Source of the DNA: an uncultured Bacilli bacterium | GTDB lineage: Bacteria > Bacillota_I > Bacilli_A > RF39 > UBA660 | Direction: 5' to 3' | DNA length: 48,090 bases | Assembly (NCBI GenBank): GCA_947626095.1 | Contig: CANQQV010000012.1 | Span: forward strand, 1-48,090 | Part shown: in pieces, positions 1 to 8,691 of the stretch | Layout of the letters: every line of letters begins with the position of its first letter | How positions within the stretch are numbered: the first letter of the stretch is position 1 | Notes under the pieces: model-generated | Databases searched by the model: none | The model's input: the letters and a program-made list of their open reading frames with translations, nothing else | What the model was told of the DNA's origin: nothing | Program-made: the position numbers and the translations under genes

Positions 1-54
1 TTAAGTGCAATCGGTGCAAGTGTTGTTTCTGTTAGAAAATTAAGAAATAACTAA
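1..54 (+). CDS. 3' end of an upstream gene (partial; hydrophobic stretch plus basic tail, membrane-anchor-like)
   Basis: Frame 1 reads LSAIGASVVSVRKLRNN-stop (TAA 52-54) and is followed by a terminator. Confidence 0.6.
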   Translation, partial: LSAIGASVVSVRKLRNN

Positions 55-67
55 TTATTGATTTAAG

Positions 68-97
68 AAAACGAAGTTATAATGCTTCGTTTTTTTA
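68..97 (+). terminator. Rho-independent terminator
   Basis: AAAACGAAG-8 nt-CTTCGTTTT plus T tract. Confidence 0.8.
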
Positions 98-146
98 TTT
101 ATTTTTTAATTGTTTTTTATCTGTTTATTTATCTATCAAGTCAGTT

Positions 147-224
147 GCCGGTAGATTTCTTGCTATTTTGTTTGACCGAATGGTCAAACAAAAAATCTGC
201 CGGCTGCGCTCCCCATAAATGGGG
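147..224. repeat. GC-rich nested palindrome (REP/MITE-like or structured RNA element)
   Basis: GCCGGTAGATTT(147-158)/AAATCTGCCGGC(193-204) encloses TTTGTTTGACC-GAAT-GGTCAAACAAA; second hairpin CCCCA-TAAA-TGGGG at 211-224. Confidence 0.55.
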
Positions 225-370
225 AAAATAATATATATTGGTGTGGCGCGCGGCAAAATGTTAAATTGATGTATGGTATTAAAATTATATTTCTTTTTAA
301 CTTGTTTTATGGTATAATATTGTGCTATTAAAATTAATAATAGTTTTGTTAATAATTGTTAAAAAAAGTC

Positions 371-400
371 TTGCATTTTACTATTTAATAGTGCTATACT
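371..400 (+). promoter_or_regulatory. sigmaA-type promoter with extended -10
   Basis: TTGCAT(371-376)-18 bp-TATACT(395-400) preceded by TG. Confidence 0.6.
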
Positions 401-406
401 TAGTAT

Positions 407-654
407 GTAGATGAGTATTCATTTTTAGATAGTATTTAGATATTGTTATAAAGATAAAAACTTATCAATTATTGAGGTTTAATTGTTGGCCTTAAACAAA
501 AATTAATTGATACATTACTTTTTAGCTTATGTGTCTGGGCTTATTTTTAAATCCAATCTGATAGATCAACTTAATAATCTCCTAATATGAGTTGATTTAA
601 GTGAAGATGCTTTTGGAATAAGTCGATGAACCTGGTTGAATAAACTAGGTTTTT
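407..654 (+). ncRNA. Candidate structured small RNA of unknown family (~245 nt)
   Basis: Own promoter, no credible ORF, stems 463-471/504-512, 538-547/615-624 and 563-573/588-598, terminator 629-654. Confidence 0.45.
629..654 (+). terminator. Rho-independent terminator
   Basis: AACCTGGTT-GAATA-AACTAGGTT followed by T run. Confidence 0.65.
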
Positions 655-722
655 ACATGGCTTGTTTCTTTATTATATATAAGAGTGGTGTTGTCAATTT
701 TTTATTTTGTTTTTTATTGATA

Positions 723-751
723 TTGACTATTATCTTAAAAAATTGTAAAAT
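723..751 (+). promoter_or_regulatory. sigmaA promoter of T-box leader
   Basis: TTGACT-17 bp-TAAAAT. Confidence 0.7.
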
Positions 752-765
752 ACTTTTAGATTTTC

Positions 766-963
766 TTATGGAAAGACGAGTAGTATATTATGAAGATTTA
801 AGAGAAGACTAGTTGGTGGAAATGTCTAATTGGATGATATATGAAGAACAGCTTTCTTATAGTAAGAACGCATTAATGCGATATAGTAAGTATTGAGAGT
901 ACCTATGTAAAGTAAGGTGGCACCGCGGGCTTGGCTCGTCCTTACAGATTAGGTACTTTTTTT
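766..963 (+). promoter_or_regulatory. T-box riboswitch, specifier AAC (Asn)
   Basis: Stem I GAAAG..CTTTC with AGTA bulge, AGAGA and GGTGGAAA motifs, specifier loop GAA-G-AAC-A (843-850), T-box AAGGTGGCACCGCG (914-927), antiterminator and U tract; upstream of aaRS operon. Confidence 0.92.
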
Positions 964-979
964 AATAGGAGGAATTTTT

Positions 980-2248
980 ATGATTACTAAGCCAAAAGGT
1001 ACATATGATTTATATGGTGATGAAATTAGGAAGTGGCAATATGTTTCACGTGTAGTTGATGAAGTCATGGAACGATATAACTATGGATTAATTAGAACAC
1101 CAATCTTTGAAAGTTCTGAATTGTTTCATCGAGGTGTTGGTGATACGACAGATATAGTTACTAAGGAAACTTATGATTTTGTTGATCGTGGAGAACGTAA
1201 TATGACGTTACGTCCTGAAGGAACAGCAGGTGTTGTTAGAAGTTTTATTGAGAATAAGATGTATGGAGATGCTATCCAACCTATTAAGCTTTATTATAAT
1301 GGAACGATGTATCGTTATGAAAGACCACAATCTGGAAGAGATAGAGAGTTAACGCAGTTTGGGGTTGAGGTATTAGGATGTGCTGATCCAGCAATGGATG
1401 CTGAAGTTATTAGTGTTGCCGTTAATATATTTAAGTTATTAGGACTTAAAGGGATTAAGGTTAAATTAAATAGTTTAGGGGATGCTGAATCACGTAATAA
1501 TTATCGTGAAGCTTTAGTTAAGTATTTTGAGCCACATATTGATGAGTTATGTGAAGATTGTAAAGAAAGGTTAACTAAGAATCCTTTAAGAATATTAGAT
1601 TGTAAGGTTGATAAGGATAGTGAGTTATTTAAGAATGCTCCTTCAATTTTAGATTATTTAAATGAGGAATCGAAGAATAGATTTGCTGATGTACAGAATT
1701 ATTTAGATGTTTTGGATATTGATTATGAAGTTGATTCAAGAATAGTTAGAGGTTTGGATTATTATAGTCATACTGTCTTTGAGATAGAAGCAACAGTTAA
1801 GGATTTTGGCGCTAATAATGTTTTAGCGGCTGGGGGAAGATATGATTCTTTAGTTGGTAATTTAGGTGGACCTGATACACCTGGTATTGGCTTTGCTTGT
1901 GGTATAGGAAGACTAGTTATGGCATTAGATAAGGAAGATATTGTTTTACCGGTTAATGATGAGTTAGATGCCTTTATTTTGTATGTTAATGATACGGAGA
2001 AGGAATATGCTTTAGCTTTAACACAAGACTTAAGATTAAATGGTTTAAAGGTTGAAACAGAGTATATGGGAAGGAATTTAAAAGGTCAATTTAAGCAAGC
2101 TGATCGTTTGAAGGCAAAGTATTTAGTTATTTTGAATGATGAGGATTTAGTTGGCGGTGAGATTCAAGTTAAGGATAATCATACTAAGGAAGTTACAATG
2201 GTTAAGGAAGCGGAAATAGATGATTATTTAGATTTAAATTGTAGGTGA
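980..2248 (+). CDS. hisS: Histidine--tRNA ligase
   Basis: KPKGTYD, LRPEGTAGVVR, YRYERPQSGR, VRGLDYY, GGRYD motifs; RBS AGGAGG. Confidence 0.98.
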   Translation: MITKPKGTYDLYGDEIRKWQYVSRVVDEVMERYNYGLIRTPIFESSELFHRGVGDTTDIVTKETYDFVDRGERNMTLRPEGTAGVVRSFIENKMYGDAIQPIKLYYNGTMYRYERPQSGRDRELTQFGVEVLGCADPAMDAEVISVAVNIFKLLGLKGIKVKLNSLGDAESRNNYREALVKYFEPHIDELCEDCKERLTKNPLRILDCKVDKDSELFKNAPSILDYLNEESKNRFADVQNYLDVLDIDYEVDSRIVRGLDYYSHTVFEIEATVKDFGANNVLAAGGRYDSLVGNLGGPDTPGIGFACGIGRLVMALDKEDIVLPVNDELDAFILYVNDTEKEYALALTQDLRLNGLKVETEYMGRNLKGQFKQADRLKAKYLVILNDEDLVGGEIQVKDNHTKEVTMVKEAEIDDYLDLNCR

Positions 2249-2253
2249 TAGAA

Positions 2254-3621
2254 ATGGATTTAAGAGATTTATTTAAGAATGTTAAAATTAATGATGAAGT
2301 AGTAGTTGAAGGGTGGATTAGAAATCATCGTAAGCAAAAGGAATTTGGTTTTATAGATTTTGCTGATGGTACTGATTTTAAACATTTACAAGTTGTTTAT
2401 GATAATAAAATAGATAATTTTGAGGATGTACAAAAGATGTTAGTTGGTTGTGCAATAAGAGTTAAGGGTATTATTGTAGAATCTCAAGGTAATCAAGATT
2501 ATGAACTTAAAGCGAGTAATATTGAACTATTAGGGGATTGTCCTGCTGATTATCCTATTCAACCTAAAAGACATACAAGAGAGTTTTTAAGAGAGGTAGC
2601 TTATTTACGTCCTCGTACTAATTTATTTCAAGCTGTCTTTAAGGTACGTAGTGTAGCTGCTGAGGCGATTCATGAATATTTTCAAAGTCATAATTATGTG
2701 TATGTTCATACACCTTTAATTACGACTACTGATTGCGAAGGTAGTGATCAGATGTTTAAGATTACAACGCTTAATATGGATAAGTTACCAATGGTTGATG
2801 GCCATGTTGATATGAGTAAAGATTTATTTGGTAAGCAAGCCTTTGTTACTGGTACTGGTCAATTACATGGGGAAGCATTTGCCATGGCATTTAAGAAAAT
2901 TTATACTTTTGGACCAACTTTTAGAACGGAAAATTCTAATACTAAGACTCATGCTAATGAGTTCTGGATGATTGAACCTGAAATTGCTTTTTGTGATTTA
3001 AATGGTTTAATGGATATTGAAGAAGAAATGCTTAAGTATGTTGTTAATTATGTTTTAGAAAAATGTCCTGATGAAATAGATTTCTGTGATAAGTTTGTGG
3101 AAGAAGGATTAAAAGATAAATTAACGAAGTTAGTTAATTCGAAGTTTACAAGAATTACCCATCATGATGTTGTTGATATTTTAAACAAAGCAGATATTAA
3201 GTGGGAGTTTAAACCTTCTTATGAAGATGATATAGCAAAAGAACATGAAAAATATATTACGGAATATTTTAATGGACCAGTATTTATTACTGATTGGCCT
3301 AAAGATATTAAGGCTTGGTATATGAAAACTAATCCAGATAATAAAACAGTAGCAGCAGTAGATTTAGAAGTACCTGGTGCTGGTGAGTTAATGGGTGGAT
3401 CACAAAGGGAAGATGATTATGAGAAGCTTGTTAAACGTTGTAAGGATATGGATGTAAATACGGATTTAGTTGATTGGTTTATTAATTTAAGAAGATATGG
3501 AGGATGTTATCATTCTGGATTTGGAATGGGTTTTGAAAGACTTATTATTTATTTAACAGGTGTAGAAAATATTAGAGATGTTATACCATTCCCTAGAACA
3601 CCGGGAAATTGTGATTATTAG
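2254..3621 (+). CDS. asnS: Asparagine--tRNA ligase
   Basis: HTREFLREVAYLRPRTN, YTFGPTFRTENSNT, EFWMIEPE, GGSQRE, RDVIPFPRTPG; ATG at 2254 follows AGGTGA (ORF track starts at GTG 2245). Confidence 0.96.
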   Translation: MDLRDLFKNVKINDEVVVEGWIRNHRKQKEFGFIDFADGTDFKHLQVVYDNKIDNFEDVQKMLVGCAIRVKGIIVESQGNQDYELKASNIELLGDCPADYPIQPKRHTREFLREVAYLRPRTNLFQAVFKVRSVAAEAIHEYFQSHNYVYVHTPLITTTDCEGSDQMFKITTLNMDKLPMVDGHVDMSKDLFGKQAFVTGTGQLHGEAFAMAFKKIYTFGPTFRTENSNTKTHANEFWMIEPEIAFCDLNGLMDIEEEMLKYVVNYVLEKCPDEIDFCDKFVEEGLKDKLTKLVNSKFTRITHHDVVDILNKADIKWEFKPSYEDDIAKEHEKYITEYFNGPVFITDWPKDIKAWYMKTNPDNKTVAAVDLEVPGAGELMGGSQREDDYEKLVKRCKDMDVNTDLVDWFINLRRYGGCYHSGFGMGFERLIIYLTGVENIRDVIPFPRTPGNCDY

Positions 3622-3634
3622 AAAGGGTGGTTTG

Positions 3635-5395
3635 ATGCAAAAGAACATTTATAGAACGCATCATTGTATAGATATAGATACAAAGTTAGTAGGTAAGAAA
3701 GTAACTGTTAGTGGTTGGATTGAAAATATTAGAGATCATGGTGGAGTATTATTTCTTGATTTAAGGGACAATACAGAGACTTTACAGACAGTTAGTAATG
3801 ATGATAGCTTATTTGTAGGTTTAGCTAAAGAATCAGTTGTTAAGCTATCAGGAACGATTAGAAAAAGAAGTGAAGATACATATAATCCTCGTTTAAAGAC
3901 TGGGGAAGTTGAATTATTAGTTGATACTTTAGAAGTACTTAGTCCTTCATTACATGAATTACCTTTTAATATTATGAGTAGTAAAGAAGCGGGAGAAGAT
4001 ATAAGACTTAAATATCGTTATTTAGATTTAAGAAATAATAAAGTTAAAGATAATTTTAAGTTAAGAAGTGATGTATTACATTTTTTAAGAAATAAAATGT
4101 ATGATTTAGGTTTTATGGAAGTGCAAACACCAATTCTTACAGCTTCTAGTCCTGAAGGAGCAAGAGATTTTGTTGTTCCATCAAGAAATTTTAAGGGTAA
4201 GTTTTATGCTTTGCCTCAAGCACCACAAATATATAAAGAATTATTAATGGTGGGTGGAATTGAAAAGTATTTTCAAATAGCTCCATGTTTTAGAGATGAA
4301 GATGCGAGAGCTGATCGTACTTTAGAATTTTATCAATTGGATTTAGAAATGAGTTATGTAACAGAGGATGAGGTTTTAGAAGTTGGAGAAGATATTTTCT
4401 ATGATGTCTTTACGAAGTTTAGTAAGAAGAAAGTTAGTCCTAAACCATTTAGAAGAATAGCTTATCGTGATGCAATGGAAATGTATGGAACTGATAAACC
4501 TGATTTACGTAATCCATTAATTATTAAGGATGCTAGTGAAACATTAAAAGATACTTCATTTGGACCTTTTAAGAAGAGTTTTATTAAGGTTATTGTAGTA
4601 GATGATATTGGTGATAAACCTAATAGTTGGTTTAATGAAGTAGTAGATTATGCTAGTAGTATAGGAATGCCAGGTATTGGATATTTAACATTAATGAGTG
4701 ATGGTAGCTTTAAAGGACCAATAGATAAGTTTTTAACTAGTGAAGAACGTGAAGCTTTAATTAAAGATTATGAGATGAAAGAAAATAGTGTAATGTTCTT
4801 TATTGCTAATAAGAAACTTAAAGTAGCGCAAAAATTTGCTGGTTTAATTAGAGATGAATTAGGACGTAAGTTAGATTTAATCGATAAAGATAGATTAGAA
4901 CTATGTATTATTAAAGATTTTCCAATGTTTGAATATGATGAAGATGCGAAGAAGTATGAGTTCTGTCATAATCCATTTAGTTTACCTCATAATGGTATTG
5001 CTGATTATGAAAAAGAGGATGTCTTAGATATTTTAGCTTACCAATATGATTTTGTATGTAATGGTAATGAAATGGCAAGTGGAGCAATTCGTAACCATGA
5101 TTTAGACTCTTTAGCTAAAGGTTTTGAAGTAGTTGGTTATACAAGAGATGAAGTAGAAAAAAGATTTAGTTCTATCTTTACAGCCTTTAAATATGGATGT
5201 CCACCTCATGGAGGTATGGCGCCTGGGATAGATCGTATCTTAATGCTTATTAAAGATGAACCAAATTTAAGAGAAGTACAAGTCTTCCCAACTAGTGCTT
5301 CAGGTGCTGATAATATGATGGGAAGTCCTTCTGAACTTACAAGAAGTCAATTAAAAGAATTAGGATTAAAAGTAGAGGTGAAGAATAATGAGTAA
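3635..5395 (+). CDS. aspS: Aspartate--tRNA(Asp/Asn) ligase, likely non-discriminating
   Basis: YRTH, RDHGG, PEGARDF, LPQAPQ, QIAPCFRDED, PPHGG motifs; likely start ATG 3635 after GAAAGGGTG. Confidence 0.96.
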   Translation: MQKNIYRTHHCIDIDTKLVGKKVTVSGWIENIRDHGGVLFLDLRDNTETLQTVSNDDSLFVGLAKESVVKLSGTIRKRSEDTYNPRLKTGEVELLVDTLEVLSPSLHELPFNIMSSKEAGEDIRLKYRYLDLRNNKVKDNFKLRSDVLHFLRNKMYDLGFMEVQTPILTASSPEGARDFVVPSRNFKGKFYALPQAPQIYKELLMVGGIEKYFQIAPCFRDEDARADRTLEFYQLDLEMSYVTEDEVLEVGEDIFYDVFTKFSKKKVSPKPFRRIAYRDAMEMYGTDKPDLRNPLIIKDASETLKDTSFGPFKKSFIKVIVVDDIGDKPNSWFNEVVDYASSIGMPGIGYLTLMSDGSFKGPIDKFLTSEEREALIKDYEMKENSVMFFIANKKLKVAQKFAGLIRDELGRKLDLIDKDRLELCIIKDFPMFEYDEDAKKYEFCHNPFSLPHNGIADYEKEDVLDILAYQYDFVCNGNEMASGAIRNHDLDSLAKGFEVVGYTRDEVEKRFSSIFTAFKYGCPPHGGMAPGIDRILMLIKDEPNLREVQVFPTSASGADNMMGSPSELTRSQLKELGLKVEVKNNE

Positions 5396-5684
5396 ATTTA
5401 CAAAAGAAATGGTTGATGATTATGCTGATAAGTTATTGATTGGGTTAACACCTGAAGAAAATAAAATGGTATTAGATGAATTTGATGTTATTGATGCTAA
5501 TTTGGATTTAGTTAATCAAATACCTAATATAGCAAATGTTGAACCAATGACTCATTGTTTAGATGATTTTGAATATGAATTACGTGATGATGTTGTTGTA
5601 GAATCTGTACCAATAGAAGATTTACTTCGTAATGCTGATGAAACTGATGGTGACGAAGTACAAGTACCAAAGGTAGTTGGGTAG
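5388..5684 (+). CDS. gatC: Asp/Glu-tRNA amidotransferase subunit C
   Basis: 98 aa acidic protein with VEPMTH, LRDD and VPKVV motifs, directly upstream of gatA. Confidence 0.92.
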   Translation: MSKFTKEMVDDYADKLLIGLTPEENKMVLDEFDVIDANLDLVNQIPNIANVEPMTHCLDDFEYELRDDVVVESVPIEDLLRNADETDGDEVQVPKVVG

Positions 5685-5689
5685 GTGAT

Positions 5690-7156
5690 ATGATGAAATA
5701 TATGGATAAATCAATAACAGAATTACATGAATTACTTAAAAGTGGTAAGGTAACTAGTGATGAACTTGTAAAAGAATCATTAAAATTATCACATGAAGTA
5801 GAAGATAAATATAATGCGTTTGTGACGATATTAGATGATGCTAAGGGATGTGAAGTAACTGATAATTTACTTTCTGGTATTCCTTACGGAGTTAAAGATA
5901 ATTATTCAACTAAGGATATATTATCGACTGGTTCATCTAATACTTTAAAAGATTATGTACCATTTTTTAATGCAACTGCTATTGAACATTTAAATGCAGC
6001 GGGAGCAGTTAAAGTTAATAAAACAGCAATGGATGAGTTTGGTATGGGTGGTACTGGTACTACTTGTCATACTGGAACAGTATTAAATCCTTGGGATCCA
6101 ACAAGAATGTGTGCTGGATCATCAGCTGGCTCTGCTTGTGCTGTTGCAGCTGGTGTATATCCTTATGCTTTAGGTAGCGATACAGGTGACTCTATTCGTA
6201 AACCGGCAGCTTATTGTGGAATTGTCGGTTATAAACCAACTTATGGAATGATTTCAAGATATGGCTTATTTGCTTTTGCTTCTTCTTTAGATCATTGTGG
6301 AGTTTTAACAAGAAATGTTAAAGATGCAGCAATAGTAGTTGATACAATGAAAGGAATAGATCCTAATGATATGACATCTTGGGATTCAAGTAAGATTAAT
6401 TTACTTGCTTCATTAACGGGTAAAGTAAAAGGTAAAAAGGTTTGTTATATTAAGGAAATCGTTGATAAGAAGAGATATAAAAATGCTTCTAAAGAGTTAA
6501 TTGAACATTTAGATAATTTCTATAAGACTTTGGATATCTTAAAAGGATTAGGTGTTACAGTAGAAGAAGTATCAGTTGATGAAACGTTACTTAATGCGCA
6601 ACCATCAGTATATGTTGTTATATCTTGTGCCGAAGCAACAAGTAATATGTCTAATTTAACAGGTATTATCTTTGGTCCTCGTGGTGAAGGAAGTAATTAT
6701 ATCGATATGATGAAAGATCATCGTACTAAAGGTTTCTCACCACTTATTAAACGTCGTTTTGTAATTGGTTCTTATGTTTTACAAAAAGAGAATCAAGAAA
6801 GATATTTTAAAAATGCGCAAAGAGTTAGAAGATTATTAGTTGATAGATGGAAAGAAATATTTAAAGATTATGATGCAGTTATTTTACCAGTTGGATCTGG
6901 ACCTGCTAAGAAGTTAGAAGGATCACAAGATATCTTAGATAAGAATACAGCAATCTTAGAAGAACATTTACAAATAGGTAATTTTGGCGGGTTCCCTTCA
7001 ATTACAATACCTGATGGATTTATAGATAATTTACCAGTAGGTATTAATATAACAGGTAATTGTTATGATGATGCGAATGTTTTAAATATTGCCTATGCTT
7101 TAGAACAAGCAATGGATTATCATGATCAAATAGCTAAGGAGGTTTCTCATGACTAA
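5690..7156 (+). CDS. gatA: Asp/Glu-tRNA amidotransferase subunit A
   Basis: Amidase signature GVKDN, MDEFGMG, GSSAGS, GSDTGDSIRKPA, KPTYG. Confidence 0.97.
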   Translation: MMKYMDKSITELHELLKSGKVTSDELVKESLKLSHEVEDKYNAFVTILDDAKGCEVTDNLLSGIPYGVKDNYSTKDILSTGSSNTLKDYVPFFNATAIEHLNAAGAVKVNKTAMDEFGMGGTGTTCHTGTVLNPWDPTRMCAGSSAGSACAVAAGVYPYALGSDTGDSIRKPAAYCGIVGYKPTYGMISRYGLFAFASSLDHCGVLTRNVKDAAIVVDTMKGIDPNDMTSWDSSKINLLASLTGKVKGKKVCYIKEIVDKKRYKNASKELIEHLDNFYKTLDILKGLGVTVEEVSVDETLLNAQPSVYVVISCAEATSNMSNLTGIIFGPRGEGSNYIDMMKDHRTKGFSPLIKRRFVIGSYVLQKENQERYFKNAQRVRRLLVDRWKEIFKDYDAVILPVGSGPAKKLEGSQDILDKNTAILEEHLQIGNFGGFPSITIPDGFIDNLPVGINITGNCYDDANVLNIAYALEQAMDYHDQIAKEVSHD

Positions 7157-8606
7157 GTATATAGCTAAAATTGGTTTAGAGATGCACTGTGAAGTTAGTG
7201 AAACTAATACGAAAGTATTTAGTGCCGCACGTAACTCTTATAGTGAAAAACCTAATACAAATGTAAGACCTCTTGATATGGCTTTTCCTGGTACTTTACC
7301 AGTAGTTAATAAGGAAGCAGTTAGAAAAGCTTTAATGGCGAGTATGATTTTAGGTTGTAGTCAACCAGAATACATGTATTTTGAAAGAAAGAATTATTAT
7401 TATCCTGATTTACCTAAAGGATTCCAACTTACACAAGAAACTAAACCTATTCCTGTAGGAATTTATGGCAAGGTAGAATTTGAATGTGATGGCGAATTAA
7501 AAACAGTTAGAGTTAATAATTTACATTTAGAAGAAGATGCAGCTTCATTAGATCACTTCTATGATACTAGTAATATTGATTACAATAGAGCTGGGGTACC
7601 ATTACTTGAATTAGTTACAGAACCGGATATTCATAGTGCGAAAGAAGCAGTAGCTTTCCTAGAACATATGCGTAGTGTTTATCAGTATTCTGGTATTTCT
7701 GAAGCTGATAGTAAAAAAGGTCAAATTAGATGTGATGTTAACGTTTCAATTATGGAAGATGGCTTAGATGAAGCTGATCCTAAGAACTGGGGAACTAAAG
7801 TTGAAATTAAAAATGTTAACTCATTTGGTGGCGTTAGAGATGCGATTAATTATGAGATAGAACGTCAAACAGAACTTAAAGAAACGGGCGAGTATGATAA
7901 GATGGAACAACAAACTCGTCGTTGGGATGAAGAATCTGGAACAACAATATTTATGCGTAGTAAAGTTGATGCGATTGATTATAAGTATTTTGTTGAACCT
8001 AATATACCTAAGTTTAAAATTAGTAAAGATTGGTTAGAAGAAATAAGAAAGTCGATTCCAGAATTAGCGATGGATCGTAAGAAGAAATATATTGATAGTT
8101 ATGGTTTATCAGCTTATGATGCAGGCGTTTTAGTTAAGGAAAAAGATATTTCTGATTATTATGAAGAATGCGTTAAGTTAGGAATTGATGCTAAAGTAGC
8201 TGCTAACTGGGTAACAGTTAATATTGTTGGGGAGTTAAATAAAGAAGAAAAAAGTATTAAAGATTTTTATTTAACACCTAGTATGTTAAAACAAATTACT
8301 GATGCAATCGGTAGTGGTTTGTTATCTTCAAAACAAGCTAAAGAAGTTTTTGCTAAAGCCTTAGAAGAAAATAAAGAACCTAAGAATTTTATTAGTAAAG
8401 AGAATGCGCAGATTAGTGATGAAGGCGAACTTACAAAGATTATTTGTGAAATACTTGATAATAGTAGTGAACAAATAGCACAGTATAAGGGTGGTAGAGA
8501 TAATATCTTTGATTACTTTGTTGGTCAAGTTATGAAGAATACCCGTGGTAAAGCTAATCCTGTTATGACTAAAGAAATATTACATAAAGAACTAGATAAG
8601 AGATAA
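7149..8606 (+). CDS. gatB: Asp/Glu-tRNA amidotransferase subunit B
   Basis: IGLEMH, RKNYYYPDLPKG, HLEEDA, NRAGVPLLE, RCDVNVS, GQVMK..RGKANP. Confidence 0.98.
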   Translation: MTKYIAKIGLEMHCEVSETNTKVFSAARNSYSEKPNTNVRPLDMAFPGTLPVVNKEAVRKALMASMILGCSQPEYMYFERKNYYYPDLPKGFQLTQETKPIPVGIYGKVEFECDGELKTVRVNNLHLEEDAASLDHFYDTSNIDYNRAGVPLLELVTEPDIHSAKEAVAFLEHMRSVYQYSGISEADSKKGQIRCDVNVSIMEDGLDEADPKNWGTKVEIKNVNSFGGVRDAINYEIERQTELKETGEYDKMEQQTRRWDEESGTTIFMRSKVDAIDYKYFVEPNIPKFKISKDWLEEIRKSIPELAMDRKKKYIDSYGLSAYDAGVLVKEKDISDYYEECVKLGIDAKVAANWVTVNIVGELNKEEKSIKDFYLTPSMLKQITDAIGSGLLSSKQAKEVFAKALEENKEPKNFISKENAQISDEGELTKIICEILDNSSEQIAQYKGGRDNIFDYFVGQVMKNTRGKANPVMTKEILHKELDKR

Positions 8607-8619
8607 TCTAGTTCTTTTT
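8586..8619 (+). terminator. Terminator of the aaRS/gat operon
   Basis: AAAGAACTAGAT...ATCTAGTTCTTT followed by T run. Confidence 0.8.
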
Positions 8620-8691
8620 ATTTATATTTATAGCTTTTAAATTTTTGTTGTGTTATAATTTAATAGAATAGGGGACTTAGGAGGATAAAGA

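Noticed and set aside
3578-3634. Extended aspS N-terminus overlapping asnS
   Set aside because: RBS and homology support a start near 3635
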